Of a stretch of DNA of 64,000 nt, positions 41,456 through 54,621 are shown one piece after another. The notes under the pieces are model-generated. The model searched no databases. It saw only the letters and a program-made list of their open reading frames with translations, and had not been told where the DNA came from. The stretch comes from Octopus sinensis (Eukaryota): the NCBI RefSeq assembly GCF_006345805.1, contig NC_042997.1, forward strand, positions 141,732,001 through 141,796,000. The letters run 5' to 3'. The position numbers and the translations under genes are program-made. Position 1 is the first letter of the stretch, and each line of letters opens with the position of its first letter.

Positions 41456-41771
41456 ATAATGGGGATGTAGGAATCAGGTACAGCAGAACTAATACATCTA
41501 ATATGCATAATATAAACTGTGACTCCAATGTTTATACTAACCCATGTATTACTGACGCAGTACCTGATGATGCTGAGACGAATTCAAATGATACTATAGT
41601 TGAAGGTATCATGCATGCATAGCATCACCCGCGCATTTAAGTATTTTCGAAACTAATAATATCACATTTATCATACTTGGAATTTGATGGTGGAAATTAA
41701 CTTTGGTGTCGTATCCGTTATAACTTAGCCTCTAGTATAAAATATAGGATATTATGTTATATGCATTTTTA

Positions 41772-41928
41772 CGATACGCACAAGGTCCGAAATTTTGGGG
41801 GAGGGAGTCAGTCGATTAGATCGAACCCATTACACAACTGGTACTTAATTTATCGACCCCGAAAGGATGAAAGGCACAGTCGACCTCGGTGGAATTTGAA
41901 CTCAGAACGAAAGACAGACGAAATACCG
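41772..41928 (-). mobile_element. SINE family A, partial, followed by (AAAG)n
   Basis: Reverse complement of the core. Confidence 0.8.
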
Positions 41929-41953
41929 CGAAAGAAAGAAAGAAAGAAAGAAA

Positions 41954-42017
<64 letters not shown>

Positions 42018-43586
42018 TAGCAATTCATTAATTGAACACGATTGACATAAACAGTTTCCCTCTCCTCGTGAACCTGTAAAGAAATGTGCTCACATCAGCG
42101 ACGCCAAAACGTCAACGCACGAACATCTCAAACTCAACAATGCACTCTCTCTGCTGAAAACGACATTCCAATTAAGTAGTGATTTGTTAAAGAACTTTTA
42201 CAACTGCATGTGAGTCGATTGTTATAAACTTGTGTTAATCTAAATTATGATACCTATGCAATTAACTTCTTTTTCTAACTCTGAACTCTTTCAAAGCCCT
42301 AACAAACCACATTTCAATGTTATACCATGCCATTGCATATGATTATTAAGAAATGTTTATTTTCTCATATTCTGAATTTAAACATTTTCTTCAGAAAGCA
42401 AAATATATACACATTTTGCACACATAATTTATACATATTTGTACACATTTCAATTCATTTCATTTATTCATATGTTTGCATATATATATATATATATTTC
42501 GAATGTATACATATCTATACATGTTACGAATTCTTATGCAGCATGGTGCTCTCTCTAATTTACAAACGGAATATTGTAGAAAAGCGGTTGTAAATCTAAT
42601 TTCTTCCTTATTCAAAATATTTGAATTTAGAATCAATGATTTTGATGTTCAGTTTCTGACATAATGATAATGTTCAGTGCAGAATTTGCGTGCGGTTAGA
42701 TCTACAGTCTACCATTTGGAAGTGAGATCGTTTCAAATTACTCAATTCTGAGAAGAGACGCAGTAATCTTCTTGACATAAGTTTAGTTCCCAGCAAGAAA
42801 AATATTTATCCTGTTATTAGTCGAAATACAAAATATATTGCACCAATTCTTTCATCTTGTTATGGCAGATATCGCAGAATTTGCTCGTTACAGAACCTTA
42901 CAATTTTTTTTATCCATTAGTAGTTATTGTGTATTTATTGGGGAAGCTCTACAAGCATCAACGAATTCAATATGACTTGCGTTCCTACATAATGCATTTG
43001 AATTATATTGATTTGTTGCTCTCTTAATTCTGAGATTAATGGTTGGATATAGGCTTACACGTTGTGTTAGTAACCACTTCCTTTTCACTGATTCATTAAA
43101 GGATTTGGGAGAAACCACTTCAAGCTAATAAAACATTGATCTGCGTTACAGTGAACTGTGCCTCTAAAAGATTTACAACTAGATAGATGATAAATTGAAT
43201 CAGCAAGTTCTGTGGCACTTTACTAGAAGTACGTGCAGTGACACAACATTAAGGCTACAGCCTTAATGATTTAGATATTTGCGATTATCTAATACAGTTG
43301 AAATACGAATAAACTGTACAATTTTAATCTATTTTAACTTGAAAGCGTAATTACAGTAGCGGTCTTAGTGTTTATACCGTAGCTCATTGGAGGAAGTAAC
43401 AGTTACATGAGTAATTAATTGTTTTAGTCAGTCAACATTAAGCATAGAACCAGTATATATTTCTCCCTGGATAATCAGTCGAATGATTGCTTGTTTTTAC
43501 CAGCTGAACGGTCTAGAGTAATGTGAACTGAACACAACTCATCGCCCGGTTCGGGAATCGAAACCACAGTCTTACGATCATGAGTC

Positions 43587-43985
43587 TTTGGATGGTCGTG
43601 GTCTCACGTAGTGAAACCATCTAATAACGACTCCGTTTAGAAGGCTGGAATAGAAGATGTCATTCGAAGAAAGAACACTGTGCAATGAATATCCACAGAA
43701 TGCCTTTTATTCCGGGTCACAAATATACACAAGTTGAATAAATCAAGAAAGTTATTTACAAGTGAAAGGCCATGTTCAGCTTCTGTGTATCCTACGTCAT
43801 AGCTGCTCAATGTCTATTAGCTGTTGCGTGCCTTATGCAAGAGCAAAGGAGGTAACATCCTCGCACGCTGCTGTCACGGTGACAAAGAGGGAGAACTAAG
43901 TGCAGGAACCTCAGAATAACATGCTGTGCTAGCTTATGGCAAGCTATTTAGACAGCTACCGTCAGAGAAGGTAACTGCGCCTATA
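43587..43985 (-). mobile_element. 399-bp insertion in a SINE head with an AGTC target duplication; possible solo LTR
   Basis: AGTC at 43583-43586 and 43986-43989; the flanks rejoin into a reverse tRNA-like SINE head; AATAAA on the minus strand; termini TA..AA rather than TG..CA. Confidence 0.45.
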
Positions 43986-44414
43986 AGTCCAACACCCTAA
44001 CCACTGAGCCATGCGCCTCCACAAGTATTTAGCTCTAGGGTAGCTCAAATACTTCTACGGTCACGCTTTTGCCTTTCATCACTCAGATATAGTCGAGTAA
44101 GACACAAGGATTTCGTTAAAAACCACTATTTGATTTAGTTTTACGTATTCCTTCCTCTTTCCAAAACTCGTTTCTACATCAGATTCTATCGGAAACAACC
44201 GTCATTACACGTTCCTGCCGGATTCCAAGCGTGACCAGCTGAGACTATGGATATTGTCCAGCCATCTCGATTTTGGCCTACTCGTACTCATACTTCTGTT
44301 GGCCCGGCTTACGATCCTTTACAGCAACATTCTGACCACATGTCTATAGTATCTGAGTTGTGATCTTTCAATGTTAAGAAAAGTTTATCTACGACAATAT
44401 TTGTAACACTCTAA

Positions 44415-44596
44415 GGTGACAAGCTGGCAGAATCGTTAACACACCGGGCAAAATGCTAAGCGGCATTTCGTCCGTCTTTATGTTCTGAGTTCAAATTCTG
44501 CCACGGCCTATTTTGCCTGTCATTCTATCGAGGTCGATAAAATAAGTACTAGTAGAGCACTTGAGTCGATGTAATCGACTTACCCCCTCTCTTGAA
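44415..44596 (+). mobile_element. SINE family A (tail interrupted; resumes near 45025)
   Basis: Head aaggtgacaagctggcagaatcgttaac; tail piece ggccttttgccaaaattgaaagcaat after 45025. Confidence 0.75.
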
Positions 44597-46159
44597 CAAG
44601 CTGAGACAAGCTGACTGAATCAGCTTCGCTGACTGACAGGTGACGGTCGTTTAGGAAAAGTGCGGGCTAAAACTACGCGCCTTCACTATTCAGTTAAGGT
44701 GAGACAGTGTCACGTGACAACTTGCTGAGGCTGCCTGCTAGAGCCTATGCGGCAGGTATTTAAAGGGAGAATTTTGACAATACAGTCAGTCACCGGCTGA
44801 CACTCGCTGACGATACATCGAAGAGGCCAGGGAACAGAAGAAAGAAGACATGCACCCAACACCAGAGCTGAAGACACCGCCGAAAGGGGGGGCGCGCCAC
44901 GTCAAAACGGTAGAGGAGTAGGGGCCGAAACCGGACGTGGTTTCTCCTGATGATGTCTTGAGCTAACTGGATCCTATAAAGGAGCTCTTGTGGTAGCAGA
45001 CCACGAAACACGGTTGTAATTCCTATGGCCTTTTGCCAAAATTGAAAGCAATTTCAGCATAGCATAACTAAACTGAGGAATTTTGTTATTCTGATTTTGG
45101 TAATTATCATCCGCTAGTTTGTATTTTTTACACCGTATGTCAGGAAAGACCTGAGCAGCTTCATTTTGAAATGCTGCAGCCTTGTCAGTTTTTCCCTGCT
45201 GTCGTGTATGCAGAATGTGTCTTGATAGAATCGATTTACTTTCACTGAAATGTCCTATGACTTAAACAGACTCAGGTTTTAACAGAAACTCTTTTATTTC
45301 TCTTTTCCTTTCCATTTCTTCCACCACTACCCCACCCTACCCATCCGCACCACCACGTTTGAAATTCACTAGAGTCTTGTATTACAGTTTTTGACAGGAT
45401 TTTCTTATTTTCCCCCCATTAGAGAATGCTGATAATTGCAATAGATGGCAAAACTTCACTTTTTCCCCGCTTTACAATAGACTAGATTCGAATTCGGCTG
45501 AATAAGACAGGATTCTATAATATTATATTTCCTGTCAGTTTCACTGCTTTTCTTGTGTTTATTTATTTTCCCTTGCCAAAAGCAGGTCTCAGAATAGTTA
45601 AAAATTAAAACATTTAGTAATTCTGTAATGAAATTCTCTGATTTATATAAGTGAGAGAAATAAGATTACGGATATTCGTGGCTTTCTTAAGAGCATTTAT
45701 GACGTAAGAGGAGTAAAATGGCGGCGACTGGGAATAAACATCAAATTTTAGATTTGGCTTGCACAAACCATTACCTCAGCAGCATTCTTTATTTCAATAT
45801 TCTCTTAAAAATTTATACATACATTTTTAATTCTAATTTAATCTCCTCTAACAGAAATAGCGTCTTTATTCAATATTTTTTCAAATTTTGCTTTGAAATT
45901 TATTGCAATTTTTTGATATTTCTCAATAATTTTCTTTCGAATCAAGAATGTTCTGGAAGACAGCTTAGACTAAAAACATTGCCTTTTTAACATTTTTATT
46001 GCTAATTTAAAATGCTTCGGCCTTGTTGCGTATAGTTTATATTTTTGGCTCTATTGTCTGTCAATTACCATTACCTAATTGTAAACGTTTGAGCATATAC
46101 TTCTCTACGAATTTACGGCAAAAATTGAAATAAAATCTTCTGCTCTCCTTAGAGAGAGG

Positions 46160-46460
46160 GGGGGGAAGAGAGTAAATGAGAGAGAGGGGAGAGTCAGTGA
46201 GTGAATGAGAAAGAAAGAAAAAGTGAGTGGGTGAGAACGAGAGAAAGAGAAAGAAGAAAGTGAGTGAGAGAGTGGGTGAGAACGAGAGAATGAGAAAGAA
46301 AGAGAAAGTGAGTGAGTGAGTGAGTGAGTGAGTGAGCGAGAGAGAGAGTCACTGAGTAGGTGAGTGAGTGACTGACTGAATGACTGAGAGAGTGAGAGAA
46401 AAAGAGTGAGTGAAAAAGAAAAAGAATAAAAAAGAATGAAGGTGAAAGAAAAAAACAAAG
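46160..46460. repeat. (GA)/(GTGA)/(GAAA) low-complexity tract
   Basis: Direct reading. Confidence 0.85.
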
Positions 46461-47789
46461 AGAGAGAGATTCAAAATTGCTCAGTGATTAAGAAATTCGC
46501 TACTCAGTCACACGTCCTGGAGATGTGACTGTCATCTGGGTCAAATATCATTTACCGTTGACAAAACATGATTAAGGCCCACAAAGGCCTTAAGCACTTA
46601 AAAGATTTTGGTACCCCCATATACTTGTAATTAAAAATATAAACAATAATTATCCATAAAATAATTTCTTTTATTTTTCAAATGAAGCAAAACTAACAGT
46701 AAGATGGAAAATAATGTTTATTTTTGCATACTTCCACTTTATTTATATGTGAAAAGTTTTCTCCTGCTATTATTAATTGCAGTCTCAAATCAGATCCCCA
46801 AAATTAATCTTATGTAACACATCTGCTTCTAGTAGAGATAAGGCATGCCGAATATTATTTTAGGAAGTTTAAAGTGATTTCTTTTGTGACATAAGCCATT
46901 TACCATTTCTGTGGTGCCTCCTCCCTCCCCCTTGATGCCCTAGGCGTGTGCTTATTTTGCTTATGGCTAATCCAGCGTTGACAGCAGACACGCTCAATCT
47001 AAACCTTTATGAGAGAAAAACTGAGGAGCTGGAAACTAGATAGAAGCCTGTCGGATGAATTGCATCTAATTCAAATGTTCTGTTTCCACACACTGTTACT
47101 CTGGTTCTTCTTGAGGGTTACAGTGCGAATGCATGGTTACAGTGTACTCGGCTATTTTATGCGATAACGGAGTGAATAGACATTTCGGTTGATCGAATAC
47201 TCAACGTCGAAATCGACGACAAATCATCGTCATCATCATCATCATCATCATTACCATTTCACGTCAGTTTTCCATGCTACCATGAGTAGGATGGTTTGAC
47301 GGTGAGAAGACTGCACCAATATGTGCTGTCTGTCTCGGTATGGTTTCTGTGGCTGGATACCCTTCCTAATGCCAGTCACTTTACAGAGTGTACGGGGTGC
47401 TTTTTACGTGACACCACCAGAAGTGAGGTCACAAAGTAACTTGCAGGACAAGACCCCTCAACTGGGGGGGGTGTAGTATTGAGAGACAGATGGTGGAAGA
47501 GCGGAAAGAAAGATGGTGAAGATGTGTACAGAGACGGGACAGGGACTGTACACCGAAGTTACTGGGTGGTGTATATAGTGAAGTAGACCCGGAATCGGAG
47601 AGGATTAGTAGGTGTGTGAGTTTCGAAAGGAGGGTGAGAGCTTGCGGTAGAGGAAGGAAAGGAATTTAGCAGGGGTATATTGTATGCAGGCAGGTAGATG
47701 GATACGTGAGGGAGAACGGAAAGAAGTGGGAACGGCTGTGATGAGCATGGGGGAGTTGCTGGGTAAGAGGGTCATGATCATGGATTTTA

Positions 47790-48040
47790 TTTTGCTGGAC
47801 GGTTCTTCTCAAGCATAGCATATCACCAGTTGCTTCAGTCCTTTGTCATTTTCTCTGTGAGGCTGGACATCTGACGTTCATTGCTCACCACTTCATTCTA
47901 CGTCTTCCTGGGTCTACCTCTTTCACAGAATCCCTCCACACTTAGACATCGGTAACTTCTTTATGCAACTGTCCTCATCCATACGCATAACATGACCATA
48001 CCAGCGCCGCAGACTTCTCTCTTGCACACTACATATGATA
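47790..48040 (-). mobile_element. RTE LINE 3' end fragment
   Basis: Reads [22 protein letters not shown]. Confidence 0.6.
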
Positions 48041-48111
48041 CCCAATTTTTCTCTCGACACATTTATATTTTGTCGTATATACATATATATATACATACAT
48101 ACTTATACATA

Positions 48112-48143
<32 letters not shown>

Positions 48144-48316
48144 AATATATATATATACATACATATACATACATAAATATATATATATACATACATATAC
48201 ATATATATATACATATATATAAACATACATATATATATACATATACATACATAAATATATATGCATACATATACATACATTATATATATATGCATACATA
48301 TACATACATATATATA

Positions 48317-48362
<46 letters not shown>

Positions 48363-49339
48363 ATATATTATATATATATATATATATAATAAATATTAGG
48401 GAATGAATCCAAAATTACAGGGAAAAATCGGTAGCAGACATGAAACATTTGTAGTGGCGGTTTATTTAATTTATATTAAAATTTTATGTATTGATTAAGT
48501 CTTTCCTTGTTTGGTTTTAAAATAGTGGTTTTGTCTCGAATTATATTATATATATATATTATATATATTATATATTTTATATATTATATATTATATATGT
48601 GTATAAACAAATATTTATACATATATTTATATTTATATATCTTCTTCATGCTTTGAGTTCTACTTACAAACCTATCAACAAGCCTATACATATATAAATA
48701 TTTATATGTGTGCGGGGGGAAGAGGGACAGAGGGTGAAAGTGAGGAGAGACAAAGATATACACACACACACACATACACACACACTGTTACTAATGTTAC
48801 TACCACTACTATATTATTTTTACCTTTCTCCTGTTCTGACTATCTTATCTAATGTGAATCTGCCTTCCAGCTCTTTATATCTTCACAAAATATATTTGTC
48901 TTTGTAATTTCAGACATCTTTATATCTTCGTGTGTTAATATCTTCATATATCATCCTATCATAAATATCTTTACATAGTGTAAATATTCGCGTTTTTAAT
49001 AAAACTTTGCTTATCTTTGATCCAGTAATTCAAAAAATCTTATCTACAAATACGATAGAAATTAACAAGCTTTCTTTTTATATTTTCTAAACGCAATATT
49101 TCATTAATTAGCAGAAGAGTTGTTTTTCATGTTTTTAATTAAATAGGTAGATGATTCACTAATTAAATATTTTTCATCAACAGTTTGAATTATTCTTAGA
49201 AAATAATAGTTGTAAAACGTTCAGTTTAATGGTCCTACCTGAAATGGAACCTGCATTCGATCCGCTATAGGCAATAGGCAAAAACTTAATATCTGCTTGG
49301 TAGGCTATCTAACCTGTTTTAATAGAGGATCTAGTCATA

Positions 49340-49858
49340 AGGCAACGAGCTGGCAGAATCGTTAGTAAGCCGGACAAAATGCTTTGCGACATATTGTCCG
49401 TCATTATGCACTAATTTCAAATTCCGCCGAGGTCGACTTGATTTTTCATCCTTTCGAGGCCGATAAAATAAGTACCACTGGAGTTTATGTAATCTCCCTA
49501 CCCACTCACCCGAACTTATTGGCCTTATGCTAAAATTTGAAGCCAATGAAGGATATTGTTTTTGTTGGCTTTTGTATTGTTTTGTTTTTAGGTTGGTAAT
49601 TATATGCAAATTAGAGATATAACTCTCCATTATATATTTCTTTACTACCCACAAGGGGCTAAACATAGAGGGGACAGACAAAGGGATTAAGTCGATTACA
49701 TCGACCCCCAATGCGAAACTGGTACTTAATTTATCGACCCTGAAAGGAGGAAAGGCAAAGTCGACCTCGGCGGAATTTGAACTCAGAACGTAACGGCAGA
49801 CGAAATACGGCTACGCATTTTGCCCGGCGTGATAACGGTTCTGCCAGCTCGCCGCCTT
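49340..49858. mobile_element. tail-to-tail SINE family A pair (49340-49530 +, 49627-49858 -)
   Basis: Both carry the family A head and core in opposite orientation. Confidence 0.82.
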
Positions 49859-50740
49859 TATAACTTTTCCTTATAAGCTGTGGAAACATGTCTTTGACAA
49901 AATGTTTTGTTGGTTTGCAATGTCAAGCTCAGAGAAATAGTTACTAGGTAGTCCCTTTTTAAGACTAATAATTTCGGTGATGAACTCTCCCAGTACCACA
50001 TGTCGCAACACACGTTTTAAGTTTGAGTCAGTAAGTACGTTGAATATTTCTTTAGAAATAATTGACTCATCTGTTATTTTGCGTAAGTATTGCAGAACAT
50101 AATATTCCGATCCTCATAGGTAGGGTCGGCGGTGCTCAGTTACAACACTCTTCATCACAGCCTACACTCTCGTGCTGTAGTTGCACCCTCCTCCAGCGTC
50201 CTCCTGGACCAGTTCTTGACGTCCACTCGACGAAGCGAGAGCAAGGATTCTGGAGGCTGATAACGTCACCAAAATATTATAGTCTTCGTGAGTTTCTAGT
50301 CTACATTACTTGCATAACTAGATTACTCAGTTTTGATATTCATTATTTGACGGTTCCGAAATCATAATAAATATATCTATGCCTGGATAGACACACATAG
50401 ACATTCTGTGTTAGCAGTCGAATTTTTAACTGGGACGCTTTTCACTGAATATAGAATGAAAACTATTTCCAATTTTAATACAGCTATTAGCTGTATTAAA
50501 CTATTGGTTATTCTTTTCATCACATTCATTAAAGAAAGCATTTCTTCAAGATTGTAATATCTGTCCCAAACTTGAATTCTCCATACAAAGATTTCTTGCA
50601 AACATGGAAAAAAAGCGAAAGGGTTAACAAAATCTTACACACACACAACCATGTATATATGTATATATATGCATATATGTGTATATATATATATAGATAT
50701 ATATATATTATATATATTAACTTATTTATTTATCTATCTA

Positions 50741-50789
<49 letters not shown>

Positions 50790-50910
50790 TATATATATAT
50801 AATATATATAATCCCCCCAAAAAATGAAGAACAAACAAGAAAGAAACAACGACACGAGTACGTGGTACATGCAAAGTATTAGCGGATGCTCAGGGAAGAA
50901 AAGAAAGGTA

Positions 50911-50945
50911 GTTTTACGTTTCGAGCAAAGCTCTTCGTCAGAAAC
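50911..50945 (-). ncRNA. minimal type I hammerhead ribozyme, canonical core, GUA site
   Basis: gttt-CTGACGA-a-gagc ttt gctc-GAAA-cg-TA-aaac; 35 nt with all core positions intact. Confidence 0.8.
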
Positions 50946-51226
50946 CGGAGACGGAGGAAAGTCCAAGAGAAAAGGGAGACGGAGGAAAATATATATGAAT
51001 GAGAAAAGGAAGAAAATGACGTATAGACATTTATTCAAAGATATTCGAATTCACGTAGAGAAATTCCTTGACTGAATAAATATATACATATATACATACA
51101 TCTATATATATTTGTGTGTGTATGGATGGATGTATATGTATGTATGTATATATATGTATGTATGTATGTATATATATATATGTATGTATGTATTATGTAT
51201 GTATGTATATATATGTATATATATAT

Positions 51227-51267
<41 letters not shown>

Positions 51268-51305
51268 GTATATATATAGGTATATGTATATATATATATA
51301 TTATA

Positions 51306-51338
<33 letters not shown>

Positions 51339-52262
51339 AATATATATATGTATATATATATAGGAACTATTTAACTCCAAAACAGATAAAGCTATAATGA
51401 TAGCGTGTAAAGCATGCGAATATTGGGCTTAAAAAGTATTTTATAAATTTTTGGAAATTGCCTGTGGTACTCAAACCGATATCTCCTACGTCAACAAGAT
51501 ACAACTTTCAATGGAAAAAAATTTTCTAAAATGGATATGGAAATTCGGATTCTTGCTTTAGTCCAATTGTAGAACACACGTCATGTTTATAGGAAATGCG
51601 GATCCGAGTTACACGGATAACTTTCGACCCTTTCTATCCAAAGGGGTTTTTAACCCAATGTTTACACGCTGTTATTTTTACCTTTATCTATTTCGAATTC
51701 AATCGTTAAAAATTAATTATTTCACGTCCTCCCGAAGTTTCTAAATTCTTCTGGCATAAAAATCATATATACGGCAATTCAACTGAGAGAAAATTAAATA
51801 AAAAATATGAACAAGGATAACTACTGAACATTACAATTATTAAATGATTTTAAATCAAGTATTGAATATTTGATTTAGAATCATTTAATAATCGTAATAT
51901 ATTTCGTGTATTTTTGGATAAAAATAATACTTCATAACAAATTGTGGAGCGAATTGTAGGACATCAGACTTTTTATGTTTGTCGGTATGCTATTTGTTGG
52001 TGTGATGTAGTTATAGTGCGTAATGTTTTTATGTTGATGTGTGTGGTTCATTAATTTCTTTTGCTTGTTTGGTTTTTTATTTTGTTTTGTTTTATTTTTT
52101 CTTGTGTCTACGGCCAAATAGTTAATGATTTTATTATTTTTTTGGTTCGTGTTTGGGATGGGATGGGACGGTGTTCTGGCTGATGGTGGGGGTATGATTT
52201 ACATTGTGCTTGTGTGTTCAGTGTTGGGGTGGTGTTTGTAGTGTTGGTGATAATGGGAGTGT

Positions 52263-52293
<31 letters not shown>

Positions 52294-52929
52294 AACGACG
52301 ACGTCGATGATGATGATGCTGACGATGACAACGATGACGATGACAACGATGATGACAAGTGTGATAACGATGATGATGTTGATAGTATTTGTGATGTTGT
52401 TGTTGGAAGTAGAGTTGCTGTTTATATGCACTTCTCCCACCCCCGTCCGTTTGAACCTCCCATCATTTTATTTGTTTGTTTGTTTGTTTGTTCGTTTATT
52501 TATTTATTTATTCTGTTGGGAATTTTTGGTCATTTAGAATCTCCCACGTCACCGTCGCCACATAACATGTCTGAATGGTCCGAATCGAGGAAAGATCTGT
52601 CTAGGAAGTGCTTGTTATTTTGTTTTGTTTTCCCGTTGTCGTTCTTTTTGTTGTTTGTTGTTGTTGTTGCTGTTGTCGGTGATGTAGTAACACTTGATGG
52701 TGATGCATCTTTTGTTGCTTTCGTTGCTATTGCTCCACAGTTTGTATCGCCGTATTATTATTATTGCTGTTTTTTTTCTTACAGCTGGTGTTGTGGCCAC
52801 TATTTACTGCGGTTGCACATTTCTGGCACGCTTTTCCTGGTTGTTGTTTGTATTGCAATTACTGCTGTTTTCATCGCTGTTGATGATGCGTTGACAGTAG
52901 TAGAAGCCTTCTTTTAGCTGTCACTTTCT

Positions 52930-53250
52930 GTTGTTGGGAAAGAAATCTTAGAAGTGACCGGTATTGTCTCAATTGTGACATCTAAGTCTTCTACCCTCTA
53001 CTTCCACCAGCAGTTGCTGCCCTTCTCAGTTATCTAGGGGATTCTGTCCTGTGTTACAGGTTTCAGCTGGATCAGGATCTCCAACTCCATCTCAACCCAA
53101 TCTTCCTTTCGTAATCATTTTATTTCTAACCACATACTAGGGACCCCGACGCAACACGTGTCACCCAAGACTTGGACCCCGTATTATCCGCCCACAATAT
53201 AAATCATACACGCGCCACCAACTGCCAGAAGTTTTTACCCTAATGATTCT
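52930..53250 (-). pseudogene. possible LINE ORF1 zinc-knuckle remnant
   Basis: Broken reading LLVEVEGRRLRCHN*DNTGH resembles VEGRRPxCxxCxxxGH. Confidence 0.35.
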
Positions 53251-53301
53251 CCGAATACACACACACGCACACACAAACAAACACAAACACACACACACAC
53301 A

Positions 53302-53343
<42 letters not shown>

Positions 53344-53999
53344 ATTCCCTCCAACGCCGCCGTGAGCGCTACATCATCTGCATGATGTGGAAAACATTCC
53401 ATCGGCATTGCCCAAATGATGTTGGCATCGCCTTTAAGATTCACCCAAGACTTGAACCCCGTACTATCCGCCCACAACATAAATCATACACGCGTCACAA
53501 ACTGCCAGAAGTCTAGATCTGATGGTATGTTTGCAGTTTTTACTCTAATGACTCTCCGTTTAGGAAACAAATATCAGAGTAATCGCTTCACTTATAAGTG
53601 GGACGGTGGAGTGCTTCTGGGCCAGGGTTTCCAAATGAACCTTCGGTTGAATACAACCATATTAGCATGCACTATAACAAAAATCTTTGTTTCCACAGGC
53701 ATTTTTCGACCATAATTCAACTTGCTTTGGGGACTTATTTCACTTTATACCTCTTCAAGTTATACACCTCTATACCACCAATCTTCTGTTTGTTTGCTCT
53801 AGGAGCTGTTATAATATCATGAGTGCAATTTTTCAAATCAAGAGCTTTTGCAATACTGACAAATTAGTGACCTTTGTTGTGATTCCACCAGCTGCGGTAG
53901 TTACTCTTACTCTTGTTACTACTGTCATTGCTTATTACTGGTGTGGTGGAAGTGGTTCTATTGCCGCTACTACTGTTTATTACTACAGGATGGCAGTGA

Positions 54000-54069
<70 letters not shown>

Positions 54070-54181
54070 CTCGCTGGTGACTTTGTGAGCGACGGCGGCT
54101 GTTTTGCTGCTGTTACTATACTTCTTGAGACATCGTCGCTGTTGCTGCTGTTATTGCTGTCGCTGTTGTTGTTGTTGTCGA

Positions 54182-54383
54182 ATATTGGTTTCAAATTTTG
54201 GCACAAGGCCAGCAAGTTCAGTGGGGGAGGCATTCTGTTGATTACATCGACCTCAGTGCTCAACTAGTAATTATTTTATTGATCCTGAAAGGATGGCGGA
54301 ATTTGAACACAGAACGTAAAGACAGACAAAATGACGCTATGCAGTTTAATCTGCGTGCTAACCATTCTGCCAGTTCGCCGCCT
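54182..54383 (-). mobile_element. SINE family A
   Basis: Reverse complement of head and tail, with an internal deletion. Confidence 0.75.
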
Positions 54384-54621
54384 TATGTTGTTGTTAGTAT
54401 TGACGCTGCTACTGTTGGTGCTCATTTTTTAGATATAACTTGTAAAACAAAAACACTTCAAAGATAACTGAGAGGGGAAAGTTTCTGATTAACAGGTCTT
54501 CGTCAAATAATACAATAACTGGTACGTCATCGCTTATAAATGTGTGTGCCTGAGAGAGAGAGAGAGAGAGTGAGTGAGTGAGAGACAGGGATGTATTCAA
54601 ACATTTTATTATTTTATTAAT

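Noticed and set aside
44860-44950. Hammerhead CTGAAGA...GAAACCGGACGTGGTT
   Set aside because: Stem I and the base of stem II do not pair.
45718-45990. Host-gene first exon starting MAATG
   Set aside because: No GT donor; the downstream sequence is AT-rich with no recognisable protein.
52204-52917. 237-aa Asp-rich ORF
   Set aside because: (GAT/GAC)n and (GTT)n low-complexity sequence with no recognisable domain.
53180-53480. Kelch-like exon (IYVVGG)
   Set aside because: In-frame stop immediately after the motif in both copies and no splice context.
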